The notes: generated from the letters alone by a model not told the origin. A DNA stretch of 64,000 nt from Hypanus sabinus (GCF_030144855.1 NC_082706.1:106516001-106580000); one strand, 5' to 3'. Shown: positions 1-13,591, counted from the first letter of the stretch. Translations and numbers: made by a program.

Positions 1-590
1 CCATAAATTCCATCACCTTTCTTCGGATAAAGAACTCTTTCCAATTCTACGGAAGTTACCCGATCAGCCTCATCGACAGGTTATACATTTTCACCTGTCG
101 CCCGAGAAGAGGGAGTTGGAAGAATATTTCCCCAGGGTACGAGAGCCCAGACTAGAGGGGATAGTTTTAAAGTGAGACGGGAAAGATCTATAAGAGACCT
201 GTGTGGTATGTTTTTCAGGGAAAGGGCGGTGGGTACAGGTTACAAGCTGCCAGAGGAAGAGTTAGAGGCAGGAACCATCCAGAGATTTAAAAGTCATTTG
301 GGCATCTACATGGATAAGAAAGGTTCCGAGAAATACGGGTTAAATGCATGTAAACAGGACTGGTATAAGTGGGTAACTAGCTCGGTAAGGACGAGTTAGG
401 CCGAAGGGCCTGATTCTGTGCTGTAGATCTCAATGGCTCTTAGAATTACTTCAAATCTCTGCACGGTCGCCACTCACGCTCTTTTATTCCGTGGAAAACA
501 TTCCCAACATATCCGACCTCGAAAACTAAATCCTCCAATCCCAGAAACGGACCTTCTGCATCCTCTCTAGTTCAATCACAAACAAATATT
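1..590 (+). repeat. 3' flank of a V segment lying just upstream of the window (segmental-duplication unit start)
   Basis: Bases 1-590 match the sequence starting ~59 bp after the RSS nonamer of each V in the window (21303, 32006, 46587; ccataaattccatcacctttcttcggataaagaa...). Confidence 0.85.
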
Positions 591-959
591 TAAGCAATAA
601 ATACTGAGGAAATGAGGTTTAAAAACCTTTAAAGTGACACCATATGTTTTCTGAACATTTCAGTGATGGGGCAAGTGAAGGCATACCTTTTGGTACAAGA
701 GCCTGATTGTAGAGGGTTAATACCTGTTCCGGAACCTGGTGGGGTGAGTTCTGTAGCTCCTGTACGTGCTTCCTGACGGGAGCAGTGAGAGGAGAGCATG
801 ATCTGCAATGTGGAGGGGAGTGGGGTGGGTGGTGTTTCTGATGACGGAAGTTGCCTTCCTTAAAACATCACTTCTTAAAACATTTCCTCACTGTGGATTT
901 AAGTGCTACTGGACTTTAGTCATTGAGGGAGGTTACCATGTTCTTTTTAGGCACCAGAA

Positions 960-1700
960 TAAGTGAAGTCTGATTGAAGCAGATGGGTACATCAGCCAAA
1001 GTGAGAGGTTAAATATCAGTGAACAGTCCAGACAGTTGATTAGCACTGGTCTTTAGTTCTTGGCCAGGTATCATGTCTGGGCTGGATGATTTTCATGGGT
1101 TCATCTTCCTGAAGGCTGCCTGCACATCAGTCTCGGAGACTAAAATCACTCGATCATCTGGTGCTGTGAGTGCTTCTGATGGTCCCTCCATGTTTTGATG
1201 GTCAAAGCAAGCATAGAAGGCATTGCGTTCATCTGGAAGTGAGCCCTGGTGTCACCTATGTCACTTGATTTTACTTTATAAGAGGTGATAGCATTCAAGC
1301 CCTGCCACAACTGTTGAGTATTCTTTGTTGATTCAGGTTTAGTCTGGCAATGCCATTTTGCCCATAAGGGGGCTTTCCAGAGAATGTACCAGGACCTCTT
1401 GTAACTTTATAGGTCACGACACGTGAATGCCTCTGATCTGGCCCTCAGCAAATTGCTGATTTCATGGTTCATACAAGGCTTCTGGCGGGAGAAGACTCTG
1501 AATGATTTTGTGGGGACACACATGTGTACAACTTTTTTTCTAAAGTCCATGATGTAGGTGCACATTGAGCCTACATGGTGTAGGTGTATTTATTCAGATC
1601 CATAGATGAGTCCCTGAAAATGGCCCCATCCACTCGAAGGAATTCCATATAGCAATAGCCACACATCTGCCTCCCTCGACCTCTTTGTTGTCCTAATCTC
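960..1700 (-). mobile_element. Rex1/Babar-type non-LTR retrotransposon ORF fragment (decayed); paralogous copies at ~37725-38440 and ~47530-48200
   Basis: Minus-strand remnants FRDSSMDLNKYTYT..., QQLWQGFNAITSCKVK, NQKPWMN-like and SGPDxxPG-like motifs; repeated in three duplication units. Confidence 0.65.
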
Positions 1701-2769
1701 TGGAAATTATATCCAGCTCCTTGATTTGCCTCCCTCATAGCTTGTGATATCTGCATATTGTCTTTCAGTGAATAATATGCAAAGGTATCCTGGGCCCTCT
1801 GAACGTACACGCCTTGCAAACTCCCATCATTTGCAGGAAATCTGCTTTTAAACTAGTTAGGATGAAGGCATATTTTCTACAGTTCATTCCCTTCAGCAAC
1901 AAGTATTCCATTGGTTACTACAGTAGGGGGTGGGTATGACCTATCAGTGCACAGCAGCAGCAGTCAGGCCAATGGCAGTATGGCCGGCTCTGAGGCTCAG
2001 CAGTGAAGGCTAAAATCAGTTTGAGTGATAGTGTTAGGAGACTCAATAATTAGGGATTGGACAAGAGATTTGGTTGCCATGACAAAGATGCAGAAGGTGT
2101 GCTGCCTCCCAAGTGCTAGGATTAAGGAGAACACATAGCAGCTGCAGAAGAGGTTGGGTAATCAGACAAAGGCTGTGGTGCACGTTGACACCAATGACAT
2201 AGGTGAAAACAAGGAAGAGATTTTGCACAGTAAGTATAGGGAGTGAGGAAAGAGGCTGCAGAGCATGAGTAATCTCTGGTTTACTCCTAGTTCCAAATGG
2301 TAGTTAGGGCAGAAATAGGATGAATGAGTGGTTGAGGATCTGGTGTAGGGGGCAGGGTTTCAAATTGGTGGATCATTGGGATCTCATCTAGGGAAGTTAT
2401 GCATTTAAGAAAAAAGATCGGTTAAACGTGAACCCGAGAAGATCAATATCTTTGTGAGTAGGTTTGCTAGAGCTGATGGAGAAGGTTTAAACTAAGTTGG
2501 CAGGGGATTAGGAACAGGAGTGACAGGGCTGATGATGGGGCAGTCGATGCAGCATGCAGCGAGATTCTGAGGAAGGATAGGCAGATGATAATAAGGCCGA
2601 TGCTCTCTATTGTCAGTTTGATATCTCTGAGGTCAACCCCAATCTAGGTCACATCCTTCCTTGAACAAGCATAGATGTTCCAGTGATTTGGGGAATACAA
2701 ACAGGTGAGGACTGCCGAACTGTCGGATCCTGGCCCAGGTGGAGAAGTTCCTAACCAGCTGTTTGTGCT

Positions 2770-4200
2770 GGCCTCTGTGTGTACCTAAATCTTGGTGTGG
2801 GGTCACTCTTCCCATCTGGTTGGGCATCCAGGGATTCATAAAGAGATGAGTTTCATGGCAGTCTATATCCCAAGATGTCTACAATTTTGTCTCTGCCTGT
2901 CTCATTTGTTCCCAGAACAAGACATCGTATCAGCTCCCTGCTGGTCTGCTCTACCCTCTGCCTGTGCCTCTCTGCCCCTCGTCCCACCTTTCAGTGGATT
3001 TCATCACTGGTCTGTGTCCATCAGATGGGAACATTACCATCCTGGTGGTTGTGGACCAGTTCTCTAAAGCAGCCCACTTCATTGCTCTCCCCAAGCTCCC
3101 AGTGGATCGTGAAACTGCCACCTTCTTGGTTGAGCTTGTGTTCAGGCTGCACAGCTTCCCTCGGGACATCGGGTCTGATTGAGGAACACAGTTCATGTCC
3201 CATTGTTGGAAAGCTTTCAGTTCTCCTTTGGGAATCACAGCCAGCCTCTCACCATTTTTCCGACCCCCAATGTAATGGCCAGACTGGAAAAGGGAATGAG
3301 GAGCTGGAGATAACCCTGCACGGACTTGTTTCTTCCAACTCCATGACCTGGAGCTCCCAACTCGTTTCTGCAGAGATTGCCCATAATAAGCTACATTAGC
3401 ATTCCCCCCTTTGAATGGCAAAATGGATTCCAGCCGCCGGTCTTCCCAGACCAAGTGATTGACATGGGAGTTCCTGCTGTGAATAGTTGGTAGAAGCTGC
3501 AAGCACATGTGGCAATGGGCCAGGGCTTCCCTGATGCACACTCAGAAACAATATGCCCAGCAGGGTGATCAGCTCCCCCGACTGGTGAGGCTTCTCAATT
3601 CAGGGAGAAGGCCTGGCTGGTATCTAGAGATCTCCCTTTGAAAGTTGGGAACCACAAGGTTGCTCCATGCTATGTGGGAATAATCACAGTGGGGAAGGGT
3701 ACCAATTGATCTTCCTAGAGACTGTGCCTGCAATCATCTGTTAAGGTTCACCTAGGATTCCTTATTCGCAGCTCAGACTGGTCACTTCCACCCAGCATGC
3801 TCCAGTTACACACTCTGCCTCCTCTCCTCTTGGTGGATGGGTCACTCATCTATGCTGTGCAGCACCCCCTGGCATCTGAGCCAGTGTGGGGCAGGGTCCA
3901 GTACCTAGTAGATTGGGAGGGATACGGCCCAGAGGATCTTTCTTGGATTCCAGTTTGTGACATCCTGGATAAGTCACTCAACCAGGACATCTAGCAGGCA
4001 CAGGTCTCCTCATGGAGCTGTGCCTCATGGTGTGGGTGGGTGGGGAGGGGTGCAGGTGGTGATCTTGTTACAACCATGGACTCTGCTGTGGAGTCTGGTC
4101 ACTCACAGGTGGACAGCTGAAAGTGGTCATCAGCAATCATGCTCGTGAGAAAGCACTTTGCAGCCAGACAGAGTTGAACTGAAGTTTTATTTAACTCCCT
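2770..4200 (+). mobile_element. Gypsy (chromovirus) integrase plus chromodomain fragment with partial LTR, decayed
   Basis: [40 protein letters not shown] (integrase core); [16 protein letters not shown] (chromodomain); G-rich PPT at ~4025-4050. Confidence 0.85.
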
Positions 4201-4399
4201 TCAGTATTGTTGAGCCTTGACTGAAGCACAGCAATGGTGACACTCCCCTGCTTACTTTAGCCCACACTCTGGGAAAGAAGACTGCAATTTCGATTGACAC
4301 CTTAAAGGAGCGGTACTAATGTAGTATTAAGTTACTGCTTCTGAAGCTCAGTGTCAGCGTTAGATTTTTATTTTGAGTTTTAGTTAGTAGCCCTATTAG

Positions 4400-5060
4400 C
4401 TTCACATTTATTATTTGCCCTTTGTTTTGTACAGTTCTTATTAAAATTCAATTTACCCAGGGGTCAATGTTGAGACCTCTGTTATTAATTATTATGTAAA
4501 TCTTTTGGATGTGACTGTATACAGCACGATGTTCACTATACCCCCAATCTTGGTATCATCCGCTGATCCAGTTTAACATTAATATGAATGACCTACAACA
4601 ATGGATGAAGCACCGATTCCTGCAGCACAGCACTAGTCACAGGTCTCCAGGCAGAGAGACAAATATTAACTACCATTCTCTGGCTTCTTCCACTAAGCCA
4701 TCATTGAATCTAACTAATTACTTCATTCTGAACGCCATGGACTTAATCTTCTTGACGACTCTGCCATGTAGTAATTCATCAAAGGCCTTTCTAAAGACCA
4801 CTGCATTCCCTTCATCAAACTTCTAGGTAGCCTCCTTAAAAAACCTCTATAAATTAGTTAGACATGACTTACCATGCATAAAGCCATATTAATTATGCCT
4901 TATCAGGCCGTGTCTATCCAAACACTGGTACAGGTACATCCTATCCATGAGAAAACCTTCTGATAATTTACCCACGATTAATGTCAGGTTCACCAGGCTC
5001 TAATTACCTGTTTATTCACGTTATTCTCAAACGTTAGCTGTCCTCCAGTACTCCATTACC
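4400..5060 (-). mobile_element. CR1-type RT fragment (decayed); copies at ~22270-22900 and ~50870-51415/53527-53880
   Basis: Minus strand carries degenerate FxKAFD and 'QHGLCMVSHV' (QHGF..GRSC-like) CR1 RT motifs; shared among units. Confidence 0.6.
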
Positions 5061-6244
5061 TCACCCATGGCTAAGGATGTTTTAAGTATTACTGCCAGGG
5101 CCCACAAGGTTGGAGAAGACACCTCGTTAGGCCTTTGGGATTTATTCACCCTATATTTGTCTCAAGACACAAGCACCTCTTCTTCTGTAATCAGAACATG
5201 CTCTATGGCCTCTACTATTTTGCCAGATTCGATGGTATATGTGTAAGTCCTGTGTAAATGCAAACACAAAGAAAAATGTAATATTTCCCCCATCTATTTT
5301 AGCTCCATGCATACATAGCCAACTTGATTTTCAACAGGACCAATTTTGTCCCTTGCTATCCTCTTGCTCCTAACATTCCTATGGAACCCTTGGATTCTGG
5401 TTCACCTTGTCTGCAAGAGCAACCACTTATCCCTTTTCAGCCTTCCTGATCTTTCGTTTGTGTTCTCTTGAATGTCTTATATCACTCCAGTGCCCCATTT
5501 AACACTAGCTGCCTGTACCCAATATGTCTTCCCTTTATCTTTACCAGGTCTTCAATATCCCAGGATAAATAATGTTCCCGCAACCTGCCAGCCTTGCTTT
5601 TAATACTAATAGAAATATAGACATTATGTACTCTCAGTACTTTACTGTTCAAAGCCACGCACTTGCCAGCATCACTTTGTTAGAAAACGGCCTATCCCAA
5701 ATCCACACCTGAGAGATTGTTTCTGATGCCATCAAAATTGCTCTTCCTCCAGTTCAGAATCTTAACCTGAAAACCAATCCTATCCAATCACCATAATTAT
5801 TTTAAAGTTTATGGAATTATCATCACTATATACAAAGTATTTTACTATACTCACTTCTGTCACCTGCCCTATCTCATTTCCCAAGAAGAGATCCAGTATT
5901 TGGTTTTCTCTAGTTGGGACCTCTGCATATTGATGATGAAACTTTCCTGAACAGCTTTGACAAACTCCATCTTGTCCAGTTGTTTTATGTATGGGAGTCC
6001 CAATCAATATGCAGAAAGTTAAAATCACCCACTATCTCAACCTGAACACTAGAGATTCTGCAGTTGCTTGAAATCTAGACTAACACATAAGAAATTCTGC
6101 AGGAACACATGTGGTCATACAAGAATGGACTTATATGAGAATGATTACAGGAACAAAAGTGTTACCGTATTGGGAATATCTGGCAGCTCTTGGGCTGTAT
6201 TCCCTGGAGTTCAGGAGCATGAGGGGAACTCATAGAAATATTCT

Positions 6245-9200
6245 TGTCATGGTCCTGGCTGGAATTTCCCACCTTTTCCTTTCCTCCCTAATTTGTCCTT
6301 AATCCCCACACTTGATTCCCATTCTTTCCCAATTCTTCTCAATCACCAGCACCTGGTTTCCATTAGCCACCGGCGGATAAGACCCCGACAGCTCCGGTCA
6401 GTCCTTGCCAGACTGTTGGTCGACTCTCAGAGAGAGAGAGAGAGAGAAACCTTGCTCCAAATCTTCAACCGCGCATCTCTTCTTAATTCAAGTCTCCCTG
6501 GTTCTGACTCAGCCTGGTCTCAATTCTACACTCGCTACGGAGATCCTGCCTCCGTGTCAGAGTCCTGCACTTGCGTTCGTTTTTTCCTGCCACGACCGAT
6601 CAGAACAACCTGGCCAGCCATGAACCCAGCCGACTCGGATCCCGTGCAACAGGCCCTCGCCAGCCAGGGCCAGTTACTGGGCACCCACAACCAATTGCTC
6701 CGGGAAGTTACGGAACACCTCCACACGCTGGCCACAAGTGTGGGGAAGGTCAGTGAGCAGGTGGATTTGATGTCCGTCTTCCTTGGTCCGCCTCACCCTC
6801 CTGCCGACCCAACCGGGCAACCTGAACCGTCTGTGCCGCTGGAACCGGCAACAAGACCCCCCTCGAGAGCCGTATGTTCCGGAGTCAGAACATTACGCGG
6901 GGGACCTAGGGAGGTGTAGGGCATTTCCACTGCCATGCTCCCTGGTTTTCGAGCAACAGCCACGAACATACGCATCAGATAAGTTGAAGATCGCGCACGT
7001 CATGGGGCTGCTGCGAGGGGATGCCCTGGCATGGGCTACGGCTACTTGGGACAACCAGCCCGAGGTTTGCGCCTCCTTCCCCACTTTCGTCTCGGAGATG
7101 CGGAAGGTTTTCGAACAGCCCCTTCGCGGAAAGGACGCCGCCAGCTGCTGGATGACCCTATGTCAGGGCCCACGGCTAAATATGCCATCGAATTCCGCAC
7201 ACTAGCAACCGACACAGGATGGAACGACGAGGCCCTACGGGAGGTGTTCCAACAGGGTCTCGCGGAAAGGATTAAGGACGAGCTGGTAGCGAAAGATGAC
7301 ACTAATAGCCTGGACTCATTGACCTCTCTAGCCACCAGGCTGGACAACCGGATCAGAGAACGGCAGAGGGAGAGGGCCGGTTACCCTGCTCCTTTGGCCA
7401 CCCCACGCAACGCCTTACCGTCCACTCCTAGCCCGGACCCTCTCTCCTCCTCACGTTGCTGGTATAGCGCCCGGCCCAGCTGCTTCCACCACCCTGGTGA
7501 GCCAGACTACATCCTCTTCTGTCCCCCAAAACCGGATGCAGATCCAAGCTACGGTCAACCACAACCAACAGTCCCTGTCCTTGTCCGCCTTGGTAGACTC
7601 CGGTTCCAAAAGAAATGGATAAAGACGGAGCCGCCCGGGCCGGAATCCCTCGGGAACCACTCACCAACCCCTTGGAGGCCCGAGGCCTGGATGGTAGGCT
7701 GCTGGGTCGTGTAACCCACCGCACTCAGCCCTTAACACTCGTCCTGCCCGGTAGCCACCAAGAGAAGGTTAGATTCAATCTAATCTACCTCGCCTCAAGC
7801 CCCGGTGGTACTAGGATACCCATGGCTGGTTCACCACAATCCCCAAATAGACTGGACCGCCGAGATGGAGTCCAGCATGTCACGTCCACGGTCTACTGTC
7901 GGCCCCACCTCCCAGGGAAGCTCCGGCGCCTCCACCGGTCTCCGAAGACCTTGACCTCTCCCGGGTACCTGCTGAATACCACGACCTGGAACAGGTGTTC
8001 AGCAAACAACGAGCACTTGCCCTGCCCTTATGACTGTGCCATCGACCTCCTCCCTGGGGCCCCGCTACCCACCAGTCGCCTCGATAATTTATCGCGACCA
8101 GAGAGGGAGGCCGTGGAGAAATAGCTGGGCGAGTCCCTCGCTGCGGGCCTCATCAGGCCCTCTTCCGCCGCTGTGGGCGCCGGGTTCTTTGTGGAAAAGA
8201 AAGATGGATCGCTTCGCCCCTGCATCGATTATCGAGGCTTGAACAATATCACCATTAAGAACAAGCACCCCCTACCTCTCAATAGTGCAGCCTTCGACCC
8301 GCTACACAGAATGACCATTTTTTCCAAGCTGGACCTACGGAATGCCTACCACCCCGTTAGGATACGAGAAGGGGATGAGTGCAAGACAACCTTTAACACC
8401 CCTCTGGGCCACTTTGAACATCTTGTAATGCCGTTTGGACTTACGAATGCTACCACCGTTTTCCAGGCCTTCATCAACGATGCGTTAAAGGACTTTCATG
8501 TTCGTCTATCTAAAAGACATTCTGATTTTTTTTTTCCGCAGCCTGCAAGAACATGTTTGCCATGTCTGTGGAGTCCTTCAGTGGCGGAGGGAAAACCAAC
8601 TGTTTGTGAAGGCGGAGAAATGTGAGTTTCATGTCCCTTAGGTCAGCTTTCTAGGATACAACATCGAAGGCGGGCAGGTGAGAGCGGACCCCGAGAAGAT
8701 CCGTACGGTGGAGGAATGGCCTAGGCCCTCGACCCGCAAGCAACTCCAACGTTTCCTGGGAGTCGCAAACTTCTACCGCCGTTTTATCAGGAACTACAGT
8801 CGGGTGGCAGCCCCCCTCACCCGGCTTACCTCGCCCTATACACCCTTTTCGTGGGACGCCGAAGCGGAAGCTGCATTCACTAACTTAAAGAGATGCTTTA
8901 CCACCACCCCCATCCTGATCCATCCGGACCCGTCCCGACAATTCATCGTGGAGGTAGACGCTTCAGATTCCGGGGCAGGAGCAGTCCTGTCCCAACAGTC
9001 GGGGTACGGACGAGAAGTTCCACCACTGTGCCGCCTTTTCCCGCCGATAGTCCCCCGCGGAACGGAATTATGACGCGGGAAATCGAGAGTTATTGGCGGT
9101 CAGACTGGCGTTGGAAGAATGGAGGCGCTGGCTAGAGGGGCAGAGCACCCATTCGTTGTCTGGACAGATCACAAAAACCCGGGGTATATTCAGACCGCTA

Positions 9201-11093
9201 AGCGCCTGAACTCCCGCCAGGCCCGTTGGGCATTTTCCTTTGCCGATTCCAGTTTACCATCACTTACCGCCCAGGGTCCAAGAACGGAAAGCCGGACGCG
9301 CTCTCCCGCCAATATGACTCCAGGGAGGACACCTCCAGTCCAGAAACTATCATCTCCGCCCGCCCCCCACGTCCTGCGTGGTGGCCTCCCTCATCTGGGA
9401 GATCGAGTCCGTGATAAAAGAAGCCCAACGAGATGACCCGGACCCAGCGACCGCCTCTCTGTGCCCGAACGCGTACGATCTCGGGTCCTCCATTGGGGCA
9501 TGCGTCTCGATCTGCCTGCCACCCCGGAAATAATCTAACCCAGGCACTCCTAAGAAGACAGTTTTGATGGCCCTCCATGGAGGCAGACACCAGCTCCTAC
9601 TTCGCGGCATGCCTCACTTGTGCCTGGGGAAAGGACACTCATCTGACGCCTGCGGGATTGCTTCGCCCCCCTGCCTGTTCCTGGCCGCCCATGGTCGCAC
9701 ATCGCCCTGGACTTCTTTACCTTCTCATCGTGGTAGACAGACTTTCTAAGGCTGTGCATTTTGTAGGCCTACCTAAACTCCCCTCTGCCCAAGAGACCGC
9801 TGACCTCCTTGTCCGCCATGTCTTCCGCCTCCACGGAATCCCCGTCGACATCGTCTCGGACCGAGGTCCCCAATTCGTCTCCACGGTGTGGTAGAGCATT
9901 CTGCCGAGCCTTGGGTACATCAGTCAGCCTTTCATCTGACTTCCACCCTCAGACAAATGGACAGACGGAGCGGACTAACCAGGACATGGAAGCAAATTTG
10001 CGTGTGTGACCGAGAACAACCCAGCCACCTGGAGCGACAAACTCCCGTGGGTCGACTACGCCCACAACTCCCTCGTGAGTTCAGCCGTAGGAAAGTCCCC
10101 GTTCGAGTGCTCGCTGGGGTACCAGCCCCTGTTGTTCCCCGCGCAGCAAGCAGAGATTGCAGTACCATCCGTCCGCGATCAGATTGACCGGTGCTGCAGG
10201 ATTTGGGAGGAGACACGTGCGGCCCTAGCCCATTCAACAGATCGCTACAAGGAAACTGCCGACCGGGACCGGAGTACTAACCTGGGCAGTTAGTACGGCT
10301 GTCCTCCAAAGACAGTCCGCTCAAGAATTAGCATACTCCTCGCTTCCTAGGTCCGTTCAGTTTCGAACGGGTTATCAATCCTACGGCGGTCCGACTGAAG
10401 ATATCAATTTCCCTACGCATCCACCCTACCTTCCATGTTTCCCAAGTTAAACAGTCTCGGTCAGCCCCTTGTGTCCACCGCCCGATACTCCCCCACCAGC
10501 CCGAATCATTGACAATCATCCCGCTTACACCGTCCGACGACTATTGGATGTGCGCCGAAGGGGCAGAGGGTTCCAGTACTTGGTGGATTGGGAAGGGTAT
10601 GGTCCAGAGGAGCGTTCCTGGGTTCCCTGCTCCTTTATCCTAGACCCTTCCCTCATCCAGGACTTTTATGGAGACCATCCCGACAAGCCGGGAAAGTCGC
10701 CGGGAGGCTCCCTTTGAGGAGTGGGTACTGTCATGGTCCTGGCTGAAATCCCCCACCTTTTCCCTTTCCTCCCTAATTGGTCCTTAATCCCCACACTTGA
10801 TTCCCAATCTTTCCCAATTCCTCTCAATCACCAGCACCTGGTTTCCATTAGCCACCGGCGGATAAGACCCCGACAGCTGGTCAGTCCTTGCCAGGATGTT
10901 GGTCGACTCTCAGAGAGAGGGGAACCTTGCTCCAAGTCTTCAACCGAGAATCTTTTCGTAAATTAAGTCTCCCTGGTTCTGACTCAGCCTGGTCTCAATT
11001 CTACATTCGCTACAGAGAATCTGCCTCCTGATCCTGCCTCCGTGTTAGAGTCCTGCACTTGGGTTCGTTTTTTCCTGCCACGACCCTGTAACA
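6245..11093 (+). mobile_element. Full-structure Ty3/Gypsy chromovirus (sushi-like) LTR retrotransposon, inactivated
   Basis: LTRs 6245-6602 and 10729-11093 (TG...CA); 5-bp TSD ATTCT (6240-6244, 11094-11098); PPT GAGGAGTGGGTAC before the 3' LTR; gag from ATG 6620; protease LVDSG 7590-7604; RT with YLDD mutated to YLKD (8507-8518); RNase H; integrase; C-terminal chromodomain ([32 protein letters not shown]). Multiple frameshifts and stops. Confidence 0.95.
6620..7420 (+). pseudogene. gag of the sushi-like element (PEG10/RTL1-related capsid), frameshifted
   Basis: MNPADSDPVQQALASQGQLLGTH... and YAGDLGRCRAF...KIAHVMGLLRGDALAWATA..., split over three frames. Confidence 0.85.
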
Positions 11094-11644
11094 ATTCTGT
11101 ATGTTAAAAGGCCTGAACAGATTAGATATGACAAAGTTATTTCCCATGGTAAGGGAGTCTAGGACAAGAGAGCACAACTTGGCAATTGAAGGACATCCAT
11201 TTAAATCAGATGCAGAGAAATTACTTTAATCAGAGGGTGGTAAATCTGTGAAATTTGTTGCCACGAGTGGCTAAGGAGGCCAAGTCACTGATGTATTTAA
11301 GGCAGAAATAGGTTCTTGATTAGGTAGGGCATCAAAGGGTATCAGGAGATGGCAGGGGAGTGGGGATGACTGGAAGAACTGGATCAGCCCATCAATGAGT
11401 GGAGGTGCAGACGTCTTCTATATCTTATGATCTTGTAGTCTAAATGTTAGGTTTTGGCTTGAAGGATTACGCTTTGTTCCTTTTCAGGGAAACCTTTCAC
11501 CAGGACCCTTCATTTACTGTTTATTCCTTTCTGTAATTGCTGTCTTACCTGCTGACTTTCTCTTGCATTTTCTGTGTTCCTGTCACAACTTTATATTTCT
11601 TGCAACTGTCTGCTATCTCACTATGAATTGGTTCATCTAAATCC

Positions 11645-13591
11645 TGTTGACTATTGGAAGGTCTATAAAGTCCCATTAGCATGACAAGTGGGGTGGAAAA
11701 TCTAGTCAGGTGTAAGAAGGCAGCATACATGAAGTTTACGAAGCAAGGATCAGATGGGTCTATTGTGGAATATAGGCTAACAAGAAAGGACCTTAAGAAG
11801 GGATTGAAAAGAGCAAGAAGGGGGCATGAGAAGGCCTTGGTGAGTAGGGTAAGGGAAACTCCAAGGCATTCTTCAATTATGTGAAGAACAAAAGAATGAT
11901 AGGAGTGAAGGTAGAACCAATTACAGATAAAGGTGGGAAGATTTGCATGGAGGCTGTGGAAGTGAGCGAGGTCTTCAATGAATACCTCTCTTCGCTATTC
12001 ACCAATGAGTGGGAACTTGACGTGAGGACAATATGTGTGGGGTCGATGTTCTGGAGCATGTTGATATTATGGGAGAGGAGGTGTTTGGGGTTGTTAAATA
12101 CATTAGGATGGATAAGTCCCTGGGGCCTGGTGGAATATTCCCCAGGCTGCTCCACAAGGTGAGGGAAGAGATTGTTGAGCCTCTGGCTAGGATCTTTATG
12201 TCCTTGTTGTCCATGGGAATGGTACCGGAGGATTGGAGGGAGGTGAATGTTGTCTCCTTGTTCAAAAAAGGTAGTAGGGATATTCCGGGTAATTGTAGAC
12301 CAGTGAGCCTCATGTCTGTGGTGGGAAAGCTGTTGGAAAAGATTTTTAGAGATAGGATCTATGGGCATTTAGTGAATCATGGTCTGATCAGGGACAGTCA
12401 GCATAGCTTTGTGAAGGGCAGATCATGTCTAACAAGCCTGATAGAGTTCTTTGAGGAGGTGACCAGGCATATAGAGGAGGGTAGTGTAGTAGATGTAATC
12501 TACATGGATTTTAGTAAGGCATTTGACAAAGTTCCACATGGAAGGCTTATTCAGAAAGTCAGAAGGCATGGGATCCAGGGACGTTTAGCCAGGTGGGTTC
12601 GGAATTGGCTTGCGTGCAGGCAGCAGAGGGTCGTGGTGGTGGGAGTACTTTCAGATTGGAGGGTTGTGACTAGCAGTGGCCCACAAGGATCTTTTCTGAG
12701 ACCTCTACTTTTTGTGATTTTTTATTAACGACCTGGATGTGGCGGTAGAAGGGTGGGTTGGCAAGTTTGCAGATGACACAAAGGTTGGTGGTGCTGTAGA
12801 TAGTGTAGAGGATTGTCAAAAATGGAGGGAGACATTGATAAGATGCAGAAGTGGGCTGAGAAGTGGCAGATGGAGTTCAACCCGGAGAAGTGTGAGGTGG
12901 TACACTTTAGAAGGACAAACTCCAAGGCAGAGTACAAAGTAAATGACAGGAATTTTGGTAGTGTGGAGGAGCAGAGGGATCTGGGGATACATGTCTACAG
13001 ATCACTGAAAGTTGCCTCACAGGTAGATAGGGTAGTTAAGAAAGCTTATTGGGTTAGCTTTTATAAGTCGAGTGATAGAGTTTAAGAGTCGCCGGGTAAT
13101 GATGCAGCTCTATAAAACTCCAGTTAGGCCACACTTGGAGTACTATGTCCAGTTCTGGTCGCCTCACTATGGGAAGGATGTGGAAGCATTGGAAATGGTA
13201 CAGAGGAGATTTACCAGGATGCTGCCTGGTTTAGAGAGTTTGGATTATGATCAGAGATTAAGGGAGCTATGGCTTTGCTCTTTGCAGAGAAGGAGAATGA
13301 GAGAAGACATGATAGAGGTGTACAAGATATTAAGAGGAATAGATAGAGTGGATGGCCAGCACCTCTTCCCCAGGGTACCACTGCTCAGTACAAGAGGACA
13401 TGGCTTTAAGGTAAGGGGAGGGAAGTTCAAGGGGGTATTGGAGGAAGGTTTTTTACTCAGTGGTTGGTGTGTGGAATGCACTGCCTGAGTCAGTGGCAGA
13501 TGTAGATACACTAGTGAAGTTTAAGAGACCACTGGACAGGTATATGGAGGAGTTTAAGGGCCTGTAATATGCTGAACTATTCTATGTTCTA
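11645..13591 (+). mobile_element. 5'-truncated CR1 LINE (ORF2 RT to 3' tail)
   Basis: ORFs 12033-12728 (CRPVSLMSVVGK, YMDFSKAFDKVPH), 12739 (KFADDTK) and 13072 (RPHLEYYVQFWSPHY); tail ttctatgttcta at ~13580-13591. Confidence 0.9.

Noticed and set aside
172-399. Recurrent small ORF after each V (also 21503, 32207, ~46790)
   Set aside because: It is a decayed CR1 ORF2 C-terminus (LPEEELEAGTI..FKSHLGIYMD) copied with the unit; starts and stops are not conserved.
886-895. Isolated CACTGTG/CACAGTG heptamers (also ~3684, 32744, 37656, 47459, 48712) as D/J RSSs
   Set aside because: No nonamer at 12 or 23 bp and no FGxG J motif nearby; they lie in repeats.
6620-7420. Domesticated PEG10/RTL1-like gene (and a PNMA-like gene at ~26950-26500)
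   Set aside because: Both are frameshifted gag regions within complete LTR elements.
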